A stretch of DNA of 64,000 bases, from positions 287,250-351,249 of the forward strand of contig JAAOMT010000226.1 of the NCBI GenBank assembly GCA_016748015.1, read 5' to 3'. The notes beneath the pieces were generated by a model, which was given only the letters and a program-made list of their open reading frames with translations, was not told where the DNA came from and made no database searches. The DNA is from Geosiphon pyriformis uo1 (Eukaryota; Fungi; Glomeromycota). Positions 27,201 through 40,100 of the stretch are shown piece by piece. The translations under genes were made by a program, and so were the position numbers. How positions within the stretch are numbered: position 1 is the stretch's first letter; the number at the start of each line of letters is the position of its first letter.

Positions 27201-29915
27201 TTTGATGCAGCATACAACAGTGCTCTCAATAAACTTTACCACTATCCTCATGAGGCTGAAATGATTTTTGACTTAGCAATAACATTGATCAATAGAGCCA
27301 CCCAAAAAGATGTCCACCAAATGAAAGAAGCTAAATACATTGAGTATACCATAGAATTAGCTGAATTTGATTATGAAGATGAAGTAGAAACCTACCACCA
27401 AATTGCAAGCCACATATATCCGACCAAAGAAGCTCAAATTCAATGATTAGAGCAAATGAACATTCAATTGTGTGAAGTATGTGTTATGCCTTGTGATAAC
27501 CAATAGTGTTTAAAATATTATGCTCTTAGCATTTCTCTGCCAGATGAGAATAATGAAAATAAAATCGAATTTGGAGTATTTGAATTAGTAAAAAACTATT
27601 AACCACTCCCATCTATCTTCTTGAAAAGCAACTATCTCTACAACTTAAATATTTTGACAACCATGGCCAAGGAATCAAACCAGAAAAAGCACACGAAATT
27701 GATGCTGGATATGACTTAAGATATCCAGGAAAAAATACTTTGGTTCTCCAATCAAAGTCCTTGACAAAAATCAATCTCAAAATTGCTCTTGAAATTTCAC
27801 CAGAAGCAATGGTTCAAATTGCCTCCAGATCATCATTGGCAAGCAATGGAATCAATATTAAAGGAGGAGTTATAGATGCAGAATACACTGGAGATATTAC
27901 CATCATGTTACAGAATGAAACAGACAAACCATTTAAAATTGAACATGCTGAAAAAATTGCTCAAGCAATTTACTTACCCTTAATCAAAATTTCGGGTTTA
28001 CAATCAGTAAACAACAAAGAACAATTGGGAAAAAGTGAAAGAGGAACTCAAGGTTTTGGTTCAACTGGACGATTTACAGTTTCAGTAAACATAGCTCTTA
28101 ATACACAAAATAAATCTCACCAGATTCTTCAACTTCCCCAGCCAATTACCATTTCATCTTTTGAAGAACATCACAAAATTTACACTTGCTCAAAACCCAT
28201 CACTACACAACAAATCTTTGAATTCAATGAACAAATCTGTTTGAAGCATGAAATCTCAATTCCAAACGTTTATATTCCCAAAGAAATGAAAAAATTTTGA
28301 GTTATATTCTACAACCCCAATAATTACCCTATTGTCTTATTAAACAAACTAGAGATTGGAATCATACACAGCAATATTTTTCAAGATGAAAACCCTCAAA
28401 TTGTCTCTAATTTCATCGAAATTGTAAGGTATACTCTACTCCCAAATCCAAATATCATTCTCACTACTGAAAACTACCATTTTTTGGAAAAAAAACTCTC
28501 TCAAATCAACATGAGTCCTTTAGAACTTCAACAACAAAGACAATTGAAACAATTGATAGCTGAATTTGCAGATATATTTGCAAAGACAACAATGACCTGG
28601 AAAAAACGGATATGGTTCAACATCAGATCCATATAAGAGATACTCCACCAAAACATTAGCAAGCTTACAGAGTGCCATCTGCCAGCCACCAATTCATCAG
28701 AGAAGAAGTCCAGAGAATGCTCAATAACGGATTGATTCAACCATCAAGAAGTCCTTGGGCCTCACCAGTAGTCTTTGTCAAAAAGAAAAATGGAAAAATC
28801 AGATTTTGTGTTGACTATCACCAATTGAACAATATGACAATTGAAGATGCCTATCCTCTTTCAAGAATTGATGACATGCTAGATGCTCTAGGAAAAGCCA
28901 AGTCTTCTCAACTTTAGACTTAGAAAGTGGATACTGGCAAGTTGAAATGAATCCAAAAGACCGACCCAAAACAGCATTCACTACCCAAGAAGGAAACTAT
29001 GAGTTCAATGTTATGTCTTTTGGACTCTGCAATACACCAGCAACATTCCAACGACTTATGGATGTTGTATATGAAGAACTCTTATGGCAATTAGTAGTTG
29101 TTTACCTTGATGATACTGATGTGTATTCACCAAGCTTTGAAGCCCATCTTATTCACCTATGAGAAATTTTTCAATGATTACAGAAAACAGGATTAAAATT
29201 AAACATTGAGAAATGTCACTTTGGAAAAACAAGCTTAATCTTTCTTGAATACATTGTAAGCAAAGATGAAGTCAAACCAAACCCTGGAACAATCAGTGCT
29301 GTCAAAAACTTCTAAACTCCCAAAAATACTACAGAGCTACGAAGATTTGTAGGATTAGCCTCTTACTATTGGAAATTCATCAAAGAATTCTCAAAAATTG
29401 CCAAACCACTCAATTATCTTACCAACAAAAATGTACCATACAAATAGACAGAAGAACAACAGAAAGCTTTTAAAACTCTCAAAACAAGATTGAAAACAGC
29501 CCCAGTTCTTGCATACCCAAACTTCAACAAACAATTTCAACTAGCCACTGATGCTTTACACATAGCATTCAGTGCCATCTTATCACAATTAGATGAAAAT
29601 GGGCAAGAACAAGTCATCGTCTATGCTAGTAGAACACTCAAACCAACAAAACTAAAATACGGCTCAACTAAATTAGAAGCTGCTGCAGTTATTTGAGCTC
29701 TTAAACATTTTTAACAATATCTGAAGAATGGAAAAGAATTTGACATAATAACGGACAACATTGGCCTTAAATGGCTCAATAAAAAGAAAACTGAACAAAG
29801 TGCCAAACAGTCTTGATAGAATGACTTCTTAGCAGATTACAGATATATTGTACACCACAAACCAGGAAAACTACATACCAATGTTGATAGCCTCTCAAGA
29901 ATGAGACAAGATTAA
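24189..29915 (+). pseudogene. gag-pol: Element C polyprotein: N-extension-Gag-PR-Cys-rich-dUTPase-RT-RNase H
   Basis: One frame from the LTR through 27446 (ORFs 24294, 25995 and 27090 share a frame); Zn knuckle CHYCGIPKYWKRDC at 25725; PR ILDNRLAGS; dUTPase; RT YLDD 29103-29114; ends NVDSLSRMRQD* (TAA 29913-15). Confidence 0.93.
27665..28072 (+). other. dut: Trimeric dUTPase domain within Pol of C (also D ~40550-40951, B ~33690-34095, A ~14535-14960)
   Basis: All five motifs present: DAGYDL, ASRSSLA, GGVIDAEYTGDI, EKIAQ, RGTQGFGSTG. Confidence 0.93.
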
Positions 29916-29973
29916 TACCAATAACAAATTCTATCACAACTTACCAACTTACCAACAAAATAACCAAACAAGA

Positions 29974-31358
29974 ATAGATCTCAGAAATTACAGCAATCTT
30001 AAAAATTATTTGGAGACTCTTACTATGCCAGAAAACTGGTTTCTAAGTAAAAAACATTGTTTACAACATCAATCAAAACAATATTTTATACACCAGAACA
30101 AAATCTATTATAAAAATCACAGAAACCCAAACCAACTACTCAGATTAGTACAAGAGAATAAAAAAAAACAATTTTATACAACATGCACACAGATTCATCT
30201 TCAGCACACTTGGGAAGAAATAGAACAATTCAAAGAACCCTTGAATATTATTTTTGGCCTTACATGTAAAAAGACATTTGACAATATGTAGAATCTTGTA
30301 ATAGTTGTCAAAAAAGAAGAGGAACTTGCTTCACAGAACCTTTAAATTCAATCAAAGTTGGACAACTTTTTGACAGAGTTGGAATTAATTTAGTCAGACC
30401 ATTACCTATTACAACCCAAGGAAATTACTATATTGCAGTAGCAGTAAATTATCTTACCAAATGGCCAGAAGCTAGAGTCATCCAAAAAGCAAATGCAAAA
30501 TCAGTAGCAAATTTCATCTATGAAGACATTATTTGTAAACATGGATGTCCAATTGAACTTTTATCTGATCAAGAAACACATTTTGTGAACAACTTGATAC
30601 AAGAAATTTGTGAACAGTTCAATGTCAAAAGACCTCTATTATCACCTTATTACTCTCAAACAAATGGACTTGTAGAACGTTTCAACAAAACATTGTGTGA
30701 ATCTCTAGCCAAAGTCTCAACAGACTTTAAGCAGAAATGAAATATCTTTATTCCATCAGTGTTACTAGCATACAGAATGCTAAAACAAGATACTATGAAA
30801 CACACACCATTTGATTTTACTTATAAAAGGACAGCAACATTACCAATTAATTTCACAGTAGAAACATATCCAGTGCAACCAATCAATGAAGAAATCTTTC
30901 AAGAAACACTCCAAAAAAAGGCCTACACTCTTCTTAGTACACTGGAAGAAAAAAAAAAAATAGCAGCAACTTATATTGAACATTCTTAAGCTCAACAAAA
31001 AGAAAGACATGACAACAAATTACCACCTATTACCAATGAATTTAAAATTGGAAATAAAGTTCTCTTACACAAAACTAAGACAGAAAAACAATGGAGTGAG
31101 AAATTTAAAAACAAATAGGATGGATCATTTTATATTCACGAAATTCTACACAATGAATTATACAAGTTAAGACTTGATGATAAAATACTAGCAAAAGTTG
31201 CACATGAAGACAAATTGAAACACTATCATTCCAGAAACAATCCTGAAACATTAATTCCACAAATTGGTACACATTCTCTTTTAATTAATTCTGAAGATAT
31301 TTCCCGAAATTTAGAACCAATAATTATAATAGAACAACAACCAAACTTGAACACTTAA
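29974..31358 (+). pseudogene. int: Element C integrase, separate ORF (start ATG eroded to ATA)
   Basis: HHCC (MHTD..AHL...SCNSCQ), LSDQETHF, NGLVERFN, GPF-like module; no chromodomain. Confidence 0.9.
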
Positions 31359-31500
31359 ATTTTACAATAATTTTCTAATAAAAACACAAAGACAAAAATA
31401 ATAAATAATTACAAAACACCCAAACCCAAAAACAAATAAAAACCCCATATCCAAAAATAATTTTTTTTATTCTTTCTTTTCATAATTAGTCAATTTTATT

Positions 31501-32208
31501 ATGATTATTTCCCGAAATATTCAACAAATATCCCAAAAGTTAATGTTAGCCTTGAAAACATTTCCAAACTTATCCATAACGATTAATAGAAGTTAAATTA
31601 ATTACATTCAGAAAGAAACCACAGCCCCAGTAGCAAATCATTTACAGAACTATCACCACTATGGAAAAAAAACAAGAAGTCACTCTGAAAATAGGTTACC
31701 AAAACTTTTGAAGCAAGCATTGAAAGAAAATTTTTTAATTGCCCCTATTGACATTTTACCAAATACTACAATGTAACAAAAACTTTTACTACTTCTCAAT
31801 GAACAGAACAATGGACACACCCTTATCTATAAATACTTTCACATTGGAAAGACACTTTATGAACGAAAACTGGAACTTGAAGCAACAAATCTCACTCCTA
31901 AAGCTATACAAAAACAAATTCACAATGAATTCAAAACAGCAGCTAGACTAACAAACACTTGCTACAAATTTAGAACAGCTTTTAGACTCTATAATTTGTT
32001 TAATACTTGTGAAAATGTTCTACAAAATTCAATACTACAACCAATAAAAGTCCAATACATTGGCAAACTCACAGAACTGAAATTTCAACAATTTTCAGAC
32101 TAGATTACTTCAATTATTTTGGATCACTATCTCAATATTACAGATAGTACTTGGACTTTGATAGAGCTCAGTCTTGAGGAGAAGATTATATTACCAGTAG
32201 AATTTTAG
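31501..32208 (+). pseudogene. Element C ORF3 (~235 aa, unknown function) running through the PPT into the 3' LTR
   Basis: MIISRNIQQISQKLMLALK...YFHIGKTLYERK...RLYNLF...IGKLTELKFQQF...LEEKIILPVEF* in one frame with three TAA/TAG stops at Gln-like positions; homologous in D, B and A. Confidence 0.85.
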
Positions 32209-33157
32209 CTAGTAATTAGCATAAAATTACCCTTATAATCCCTATAATTAATTAGTATATTAATATTATTTCAAATTATCATTTATTATTTAATCAATTA
32301 TAACATATTACGATTCAATTAAAATAATCTAATTAGTATAACAAAAAATAGGGTGATCAAATTACACAATACTCTGAACTTTGTAACATTCTAAAATTCA
32401 CCGAAATTTACAAAAATTCGCCGAAATTATGAATAGTTCATCCAAATTAATCAATAGTTCAGCAAAATAATTTGTAGTTCATTAAAATGTATCTTTAGTT
32501 TGCCAAAATTTGAGCAAAAAAAAAAAGTGCAAGTTCATAGACTAGTACTACAACAAGTTGTATAAAAAAAGAGCTTTTTTCTTCAAGAAAATTTATTTTA
32601 CTTTAGATTTATCATTTAGAACCATTCCTACACACACAAAAGAAATAAATATCAAATAATTTAAAAAACCAAATTTTTTAATTATTGCATTTAGAAAATC
32701 CCCAAAACCCAATTAACATTTTGAAATTGATTAGCTACCAATTTCAGTAAACTGTTAATAACTCCAGGCCTGGATAGAAAACGTTTCCCTTGATAAAATC
32801 CTATTTCTTTTACATTTCTTTTATTTTTTTTTATTTTTTTATTACAATCATTAGAGTAGCCTACAGACGAAATTCCTGTAGAAGAGTTGATTTTCACAGC
32901 AAAGTAACTACACATTTTTAGTGAGCTTCCAGATGAGCAATTTCTGAGAAAGAGTTGACATTTATTACAATGTAACTACATAAAGTAACTGGCAAAAAAT
33001 TGGCTATTCTACTTATAAGCCCAGCAGTTCAAATTATAGGAGATAATTTGAAGATAAATTCAGTTATTGGAGGTTCAACTACTTCTAAAAAACGTGAATT
33101 TGCAACCAACAGGCAGTTACAACATTCAAGAAAAGAGACCGAAAACCTCCAGTAACA
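32189..33157 (+). repeat. Element C 3' LTR
   Basis: Follows the PPT; ends AGTAACA followed by TSD ACAA. Confidence 0.95.
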
Positions 33158-36100
33158 ACAAAGACAAGATCTAGCAGATGGCAAATGCCAAAGTAGAAGA
33201 TGCTATGCCCAGTGAAATATTAGACATCAAGAACCAGTTAACATTGTTCTGATTTCCAATCCAGATGTTTTTCTGGATCTGGAAACTGGCCCAGAAGAAT
33301 TTTATGAACACTATCAAAATTTGACACCAACTAAAGAAAAACAGGAACAGCATGTGGAAAAAATAAACACCCAATTATGTGACCACTGTTTAATCCCATG
33401 TGACTTCCAGTATTGTAATGAGTGTGACTTCATCTACAATCCATGACCATGTATAATTTACACAAATCCAGAGGAAAACAAGCCAATTAACAACTGTGTA
33501 TTAGAATCAGAATCAATTTTCAATCCCAATTCAAACTTTGACAATGATAATAACAAAAACAATAGTTTCAGCTCTGCTCAAAATGACAATGGAGATAACA
33601 ACAATTTAAACTCTAATTCAAATTCTGAAACATTTATCGCACTTTTTAATCTCACCAAGGAACAAGAACTTAAATGGTTTAGTAATAATAACAAAGATAT
33701 TATGCCAGAATGGGTGCATAATACCAATGCAGAGTTTGATTTGAGATATTCAGAGAAGGATGCCATCAAATTGGAACCATATTTGCACACATGCATTGAT
33801 CTCAAAGTAGCATTAGAAATCCCAGCAACAACAATAATTCAATTAGTATTTAAGAGTAGTTTAGGGAAAAAAGAAATTAACATTAAAGAAAGAATAATTG
33901 ATGCAAGATATGTAGAAAATATTATTGCAATGCTACAAAATGATTTAGAAAAGACTATGTCATAGAGCCAAATGAAAAGATAGCACAGGCAATATTCCTG
34001 CCTCTGGTTAAAATAGCTCAATTAGTATCAGTAGAAAACAGAAAAGAATTAGGGATTACAGCTAAAGAAATACAGAGATTCAGATTCACAGATAGAATAG
34101 ATATACCAGTCAATATGACAGAGAAAGAGGCTATTGACAAAGAAGAAATTATCTTCACCCATCAACCAATTTCCATTTCATCATATGACTAGTATATGAT
34201 AACTATAGAGAAAAAAGTGAAGGATCAAGTTCAAATATTTGAGGCAGAAGCACAACTTTGTAAATTAGGAGAGATTGGATTAATTAATCTACACATACCA
34301 GCCAAGAATCATAGTCACATTAAAATTTTTATTTACAACAACACGGAAAACATCATGGAGATATCAGAAGAAACTACCATTGGATACTTAACCATTGAAA
34401 TTAAAGAACAACAACCAAATCTTATTCCAAACTTTTCACAATTGTGTAGATATGTGGATATTACATCACAAACAATATATGGACAAGAAAAATATTATCT
34501 GCTCCAATCAGAACAATTAGAACAAATAAACTTGGGAAACTTAGACCCACTACAACATATTCAACTTAAAATGCTACTCAACAATTTCAATAATATCTTT
34601 ACCAGTAAAAACAAATTTGTTAGAATTGACATCATCCAATATCAAATTAAGCCTGGAGATGCAATGCCAATTAAACAGTAAGCATACAGAGTACTACCAG
34701 TTAGCCATAAAATCATTCGTCAAAAAATCAATCAAATGCTTGACAATGGGCTAATTCAGCCATTAATGAGCCCATGGTCATCACCAGTGATACTAGTCCA
34801 TAAGAAAATTGGGAAAATTTGCTTTTGTGTAGATTACTGGAAACTGAATGGAGTGACCAAAGGAGATAGCTATCCAACTCCAAAGATCCAAGAATTGTTC
34901 AATGCTTTTGGAGGAAAGAAATGATTTTTGACACTAAATTTAGACAGCAGTTATTGGCAAGTAGCCATAAAACCAGAAGACAAAGAGAAAACAGCTTTTA
35001 CAACTTGGGAAAGAAACTTTGAATTTGAAGTAATACCATTTGGCTTAACGAATACTTCAGCCACTTTTTAGTGACTTATAGAAATTGTTTATACTGGGTT
35101 ACTATGAAAATCAGTAGTCATATACTTGAATAACACCAATGTGTTCTCAAAAACATTTAATAATCATCTGTATTATCTTCAACAAGTGTTTGAAAGACTA
35201 AAAAGAGCCAAATTAAAGCTAAATGCAATTAAATATTTCTTTGAAAAGACTAAACTCAAGTTTTTGGGACATGTAATGAGCAAAAATGGAATCAAAACAG
35301 ATCCAGACAAGATTGAGATTGTTAAAAACTTTCTAATACCAAATAATCTCACAGAACTAAGAACATTCTTGGGATTTGCTAGATACTACTGCCACTTTAT
35401 CAAGAATTTTTCTAAAATAGCTCAACCACTACACCAACTCCAAACAAAAAACACCAAATATGAATGGACATAAATTCAGCAAGAAGCTTTTGATACATTA
35501 AGAAGAAAGCTTATTTAAGCTTCAGTACTAATTTATTCAGATCATAGCAAGCCATTCATAATCATAACTGATACATCTGGCCAAGCATTGGGAGCAGTAT
35601 TATCTCAGAAATGACCAGACAGACAAGAACATCCAGTAACATATGCCAGTAGAAGCTTAAGTCCAACTGAAAAAAACTATGAAACTCCAGCACTGAAACA
35701 CTTAGCTATCTATTGGGCTGTCACCAAATAGAAAAAATACTTGAGTCAAAAGTTTGATGTATACACCAATCACAAAGAATTGACTTCAATCCAGAAACAA
35801 GAGTTTGCAGATGATTGCCATGCCAAATAGAAAATAGAACTTTCATTATTTAATTATATAGTACATTATAAAAAGGGAAAAGAAAACAGAAATGCTGACA
35901 GATTGTCACGAATGAGACAAATCTAAAAACATTTCAACCCAAAAATATAACAAAAGATGAATATACAAAAATACCAACAACTTCAACATTATATAAATAT
36001 TCAATTGTTTAAAGAGAAATTATCTCAAAAGGAACAATACAACATAAAACAACAATCAAAATATTTTATCAACCACCAAAATATACTTTACCAAAAAAAT

Positions 36101-36452
36101 AGAAAGAATTCAGATCAACCAATTAGAGTAATCACAAAACTAGAGAAAAAAACAATATTATTCAACATGCACTCAGATTCAACAACAAGACATTTTCATA
36201 AAAAAGTAATCATAGAAAGAACTAGGAAAAGATACTATTGGCCATCAATATATCCAGACATCATCCAATATGTGCAAAATTGTGATGCTTGTCAGAGAAA
36301 AGAAGGAACAAGATCCAATGAACTATTAAGACCAATTAAAGTGGAATAACCATTTAATCATATTGGAATTGACTTAGTTGGACCATTATCAATTACCAGT
36401 AGAGGCAACAGATATATTGCAGTAGCCATAGACTATTTCACTAAATGGCCAG

Positions 36453-37164
36453 TGTTACCAGATAAAATTAGAGATATTATTTAGCATAAAATTATCTTTA
36501 TAATCTCTATTATTAATTAGCATATATTATTATTTCAAATTATCACTTATTACATTAGCAAAATGTCCAAAATTATCATTTAATTAATAATTCAATTTGC
36601 ACATAACATAAATGTAACCTAATTGTAATGATCAATCATGCAATACCCCGAACTATATAACATTCAAAAAACCAAATTCTTTAAATTATTGCACTTAGAA
36701 AATTTTCAAAACTCAACTAATGTTTTGAAATTAATTAGCTACCAATTTCAATAAACTGTTAGTGACTCCAGACCTGGATCAAAAACAATTTCCTTGACAG
36801 AATTCAATTTTTTTTTACATTTCTTTTATTTTTCTTTTATTTTCTTATCATAATTATTAAAGTAACCTACAGACAAGATTCCTGTAAAAGAGTTGACTTT
36901 CACAGCAAAGTAACTATATATTTTTAGTGAGCTTCCAGACAAGCAATTCCTGAGAAAGAGTTAACATTTACTACAATGTAACTACACAAAACAACTGGCA
37001 TGGAAATGGCCATTCCACTTATAAGCCCAGCAGTTCAAATTATAGAAGATAATTTGAAGATAAAATTCAGTTATCGGAGGTTCAAACACTTCCCATAATC
37101 ATGAATTAACAGCATTACAACAAACATACAAGAGCTAAGAAGAGACCAAAAACCTCTGGTAACA
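36453..37164 (+). repeat. Element D 5' LTR (712 bp; ~270-bp internal deletion)
   Basis: Matches 45038-46019 except for the segment between two ATTCAAAAA copies (45247 and 45518). Confidence 0.93.
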
Positions 37165-40100
37165 TTTAGTACTCTCCCACAGAAACAACACAGCAAAAAC
37201 AACTTCAAAGTGGTGACCACACCAGACACAACAACTCTAGAGTATTACCAGTCAATTTACACCCACTGTAAGCAAAGATTCAACATTCCAGACGGAATTG
37301 AAGTTGTCAAGGAATCAGTATACCAATACATTGAAAACCACATCAACAATTATCTTTTTGGAAATTACAATATCTCAGAAGTTAGAAGCAATCTTTACAA
37401 TAATTTAGTACACTATTCACAGTTGGAAACTGAAGACCTTAACAGTAAAACACTTGCCACTTACTTTCAAGAACTTAATTTTAACATTATCAAGTACTGT
37501 GAAGAAACATATCCAGTGCAGTCTCAATACTCTATTGATTTTGAATCAGAGACAAAAACAAGCAACAAAGACAAACAAAAATTGAAGCAATACTCAAAAA
37601 CCACCCCAAATACTTCAATACTACCAAAAACAACTGCCAAACACTTACAAACATCTGAACAAAGAACCAGTTCAAAACTTCCACTTACTATCACACCTTT
37701 TCCAGCTTTACTTGTACAAGCACAAACACTTAATTCACCCTTAAATCAATTTGCAAGACTAGAAGATTTTACATCATCCAGAAGTCCCACCAGACAACAA
37801 AAACCCCTTCAAACTAGTTCCAATCTCCTTAACTTTCTAGCTAAAAATCGAAGTGAACACTCTGAAACAGCAGTGAACAAAGAAAATGACTCTAAAATAT
37901 TTAAAGAAGAATCAATAGACAGTGAAAATGAAGAAGACGAAATAACAGCATACATCGCAAAAATCTCTGAATTTAATGGAGAAGACATTGAGACCAGTCT
38001 CCAAAAATAGCTTGACCAAGTTACTAAAGCTGGAGATGCAAATTGATGAAATGCTGCTAGAATGTTAAGAACAATTCCCTACTTTCTCAAAAGAACAGCA
38101 GATGAATGGTTTGAAAACTTGACCACCCCTTTTAATGACTGGACAGCTTTTAAAACTGCCTTCTTAGAACAATTCACCAATAACAACACCTCAATCACAC
38201 TTCGAAATTGTTTTCACAATATTAAACAAAAACCCTCAGAAACTGTCATAACTTATATTGAGAAATTCAACAAACTTCTCAAACAAATTTGCCAACTTGA
38301 AACTAATGATTATTATTCTGATGCTTAAATCTTGGATCAATTTATCACTGGTTTAAAGGATAAACTGATTAAAAAAGTTTGTCCACATGCTCCAGAAGAT
38401 TTAAACTCTGCCATTCAGCATGCAAAGAGATATGAAATGGCCATGGAAGAAGCCAATCATACAAAACTCATGAACTTAGCCATTGGAGAGACCAGCTCAG
38501 CAGCTGAAGAGAAAATTGACCAGCTCACAAAGAAAGTCAAAAACTATTTCACCAACCAACAACAACAGCAACCCCAAAGATATCAACCACCCCAAAGATA
38601 AAATCAAAACAACTTTGTATCATCCTCTAATAACCAGTCTCAGAATTGCTATGACTGTAGAATCTTTGGCCACTGGAAAAGAGATTGCAAAAAGCTACAA
38701 CAAGACCAACAAAACAGGAGTAATCAACGTTACTCTTCGCCACAACAATCTTATTACCAATTACCACTATCACCAGCTTACTATTTACCAAGACTGCAAT
38801 ATTAAACTGACTACTATCAACCTGCTCCACAGCCAATGCAACAACAGTATCGACAACCCATTCAACATTACCAAGTATCTGCTTGAAAATTGGTTCAACA
38901 AAACCAATTTGCACCACAAAACTGATTTGTAACAAACAACAACAGAATCAACCCAAATAACCAATTAGTTCCCTGAAATCCAGCTCAGCCAAGACCCACC
39001 TATTATCATACTCAACCTAGCTATCTTACAATACCTGAAAAACAGGATTTTCACTATACTGCACTCTTAAAAGGTAGAGCTACAGCATAACAACAAAACC
39101 CTTTCTATACTCCTATCACAATCCCACCAGCCAGAATTGCTGAAAATGCCAATCTTTTAGATATATTCCTTTTTGAGTTCGAAGCAAATGAGTCATCATT
39201 TCTGCTTAGCAATGCAGCCGCCAATGAACAAAAAGCAATTACTGCTATATACACTGAAACAGAAGTCGAAGAAAAGGCAATTCACTTGATCTTAGACAGT
39301 GAATCCGCTGGAAACATTATCACCTACCAGTTAATGCAACAGTTAAAGAGAAATGTTGACTGACTAGCTCAAACAGTAATTGTTACTGCCAATGGCATAA
39401 AAAAGACTCCAGTAGAAGAAATTGACAATTTTCTATTCACTCTTGATGGAATCATCATTCCAGTCAAAGTTCTTGTAATGGATGTGCCCTAGTATCAAGC
39501 CTTGGGAAATCCAAGAATTACAACTCTCCTATTAAAAACAATATGCCTAAGTACCCACTACTTGTGGTATATTCAACAAATGATCAGAAAAAGCCCCTGT
39601 CTTCGAATTTGAAGAAGAGAAAGAAAAGCCTGTAGTCAAAACATTTATGGCACTTGAATTAATATTTAACTGGGCTGAAGAAACTGAGCAAATGTATTTT
39701 ACAACAAACTCATATTCAGAGGAACCAGAAACCCCTGGATAGAACATCCCATATTTTAAACCAGAACCAAAAAAATGACATCCTTACATTCCGCTCAAAT
39801 GCAAGGACTGTCACAAAAAACTCTTCTCAATGGGAGCCTGTATTTCACCTGAAGAAGAATATGAAAATTATACTTGTTATTACTGCAAGACTTGCTACAG
39901 AGAATGATAGGGCCATCTAATAAAAAGAAGTGGAAAATAGGACAACACCCCTTGTTTGACTTGTGGAGATATGCTACCAGAAGAATGCAATTGGATTAAT
40001 GTAGCAATGAGAGGAGGAGTCTGCAATTAAATCTGCCAATATGCTTTATCAATTTCAGAAAAAGTCAAAAGAGAAACACCTTTTGATGCAGCATACAACA

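Larger units (their letters stand above)
23278..33157 (+). mobile_element. Ty3/Gypsy LTR retrotransposon C (uninterrupted, nested in B)
   Basis: LTRs 23278-24248 and 32189-33157; perfect TSD ACAA (23274-77 / 33158-61); PBS TTTGGTGCTCTCTCACA at 24249; PPT GAGGAGAAG at 32176. Confidence 0.96.
19973..35926 (+). pseudogene. gag-pol: Element B polyprotein (19973-23277 + 33158-35926), split by C
   Basis: Capsid-like MAYTPIAK... at 20930, Zn knuckle CHNCSKQGHIRADC 21674-21715, PR ILDNGLAGS ~22358, Cys-rich domain, dUTPase ~33690-34095, RT SPWSSPV/FCVDY/YLNN, RH ending NADRLSRMRQI* (TAA 35924-26). Confidence 0.92.

Noticed and set aside
31501-32208. ORF3 as an envelope gene
   Set aside because: Short, with no signal peptide, transmembrane helix or fusion-peptide pattern
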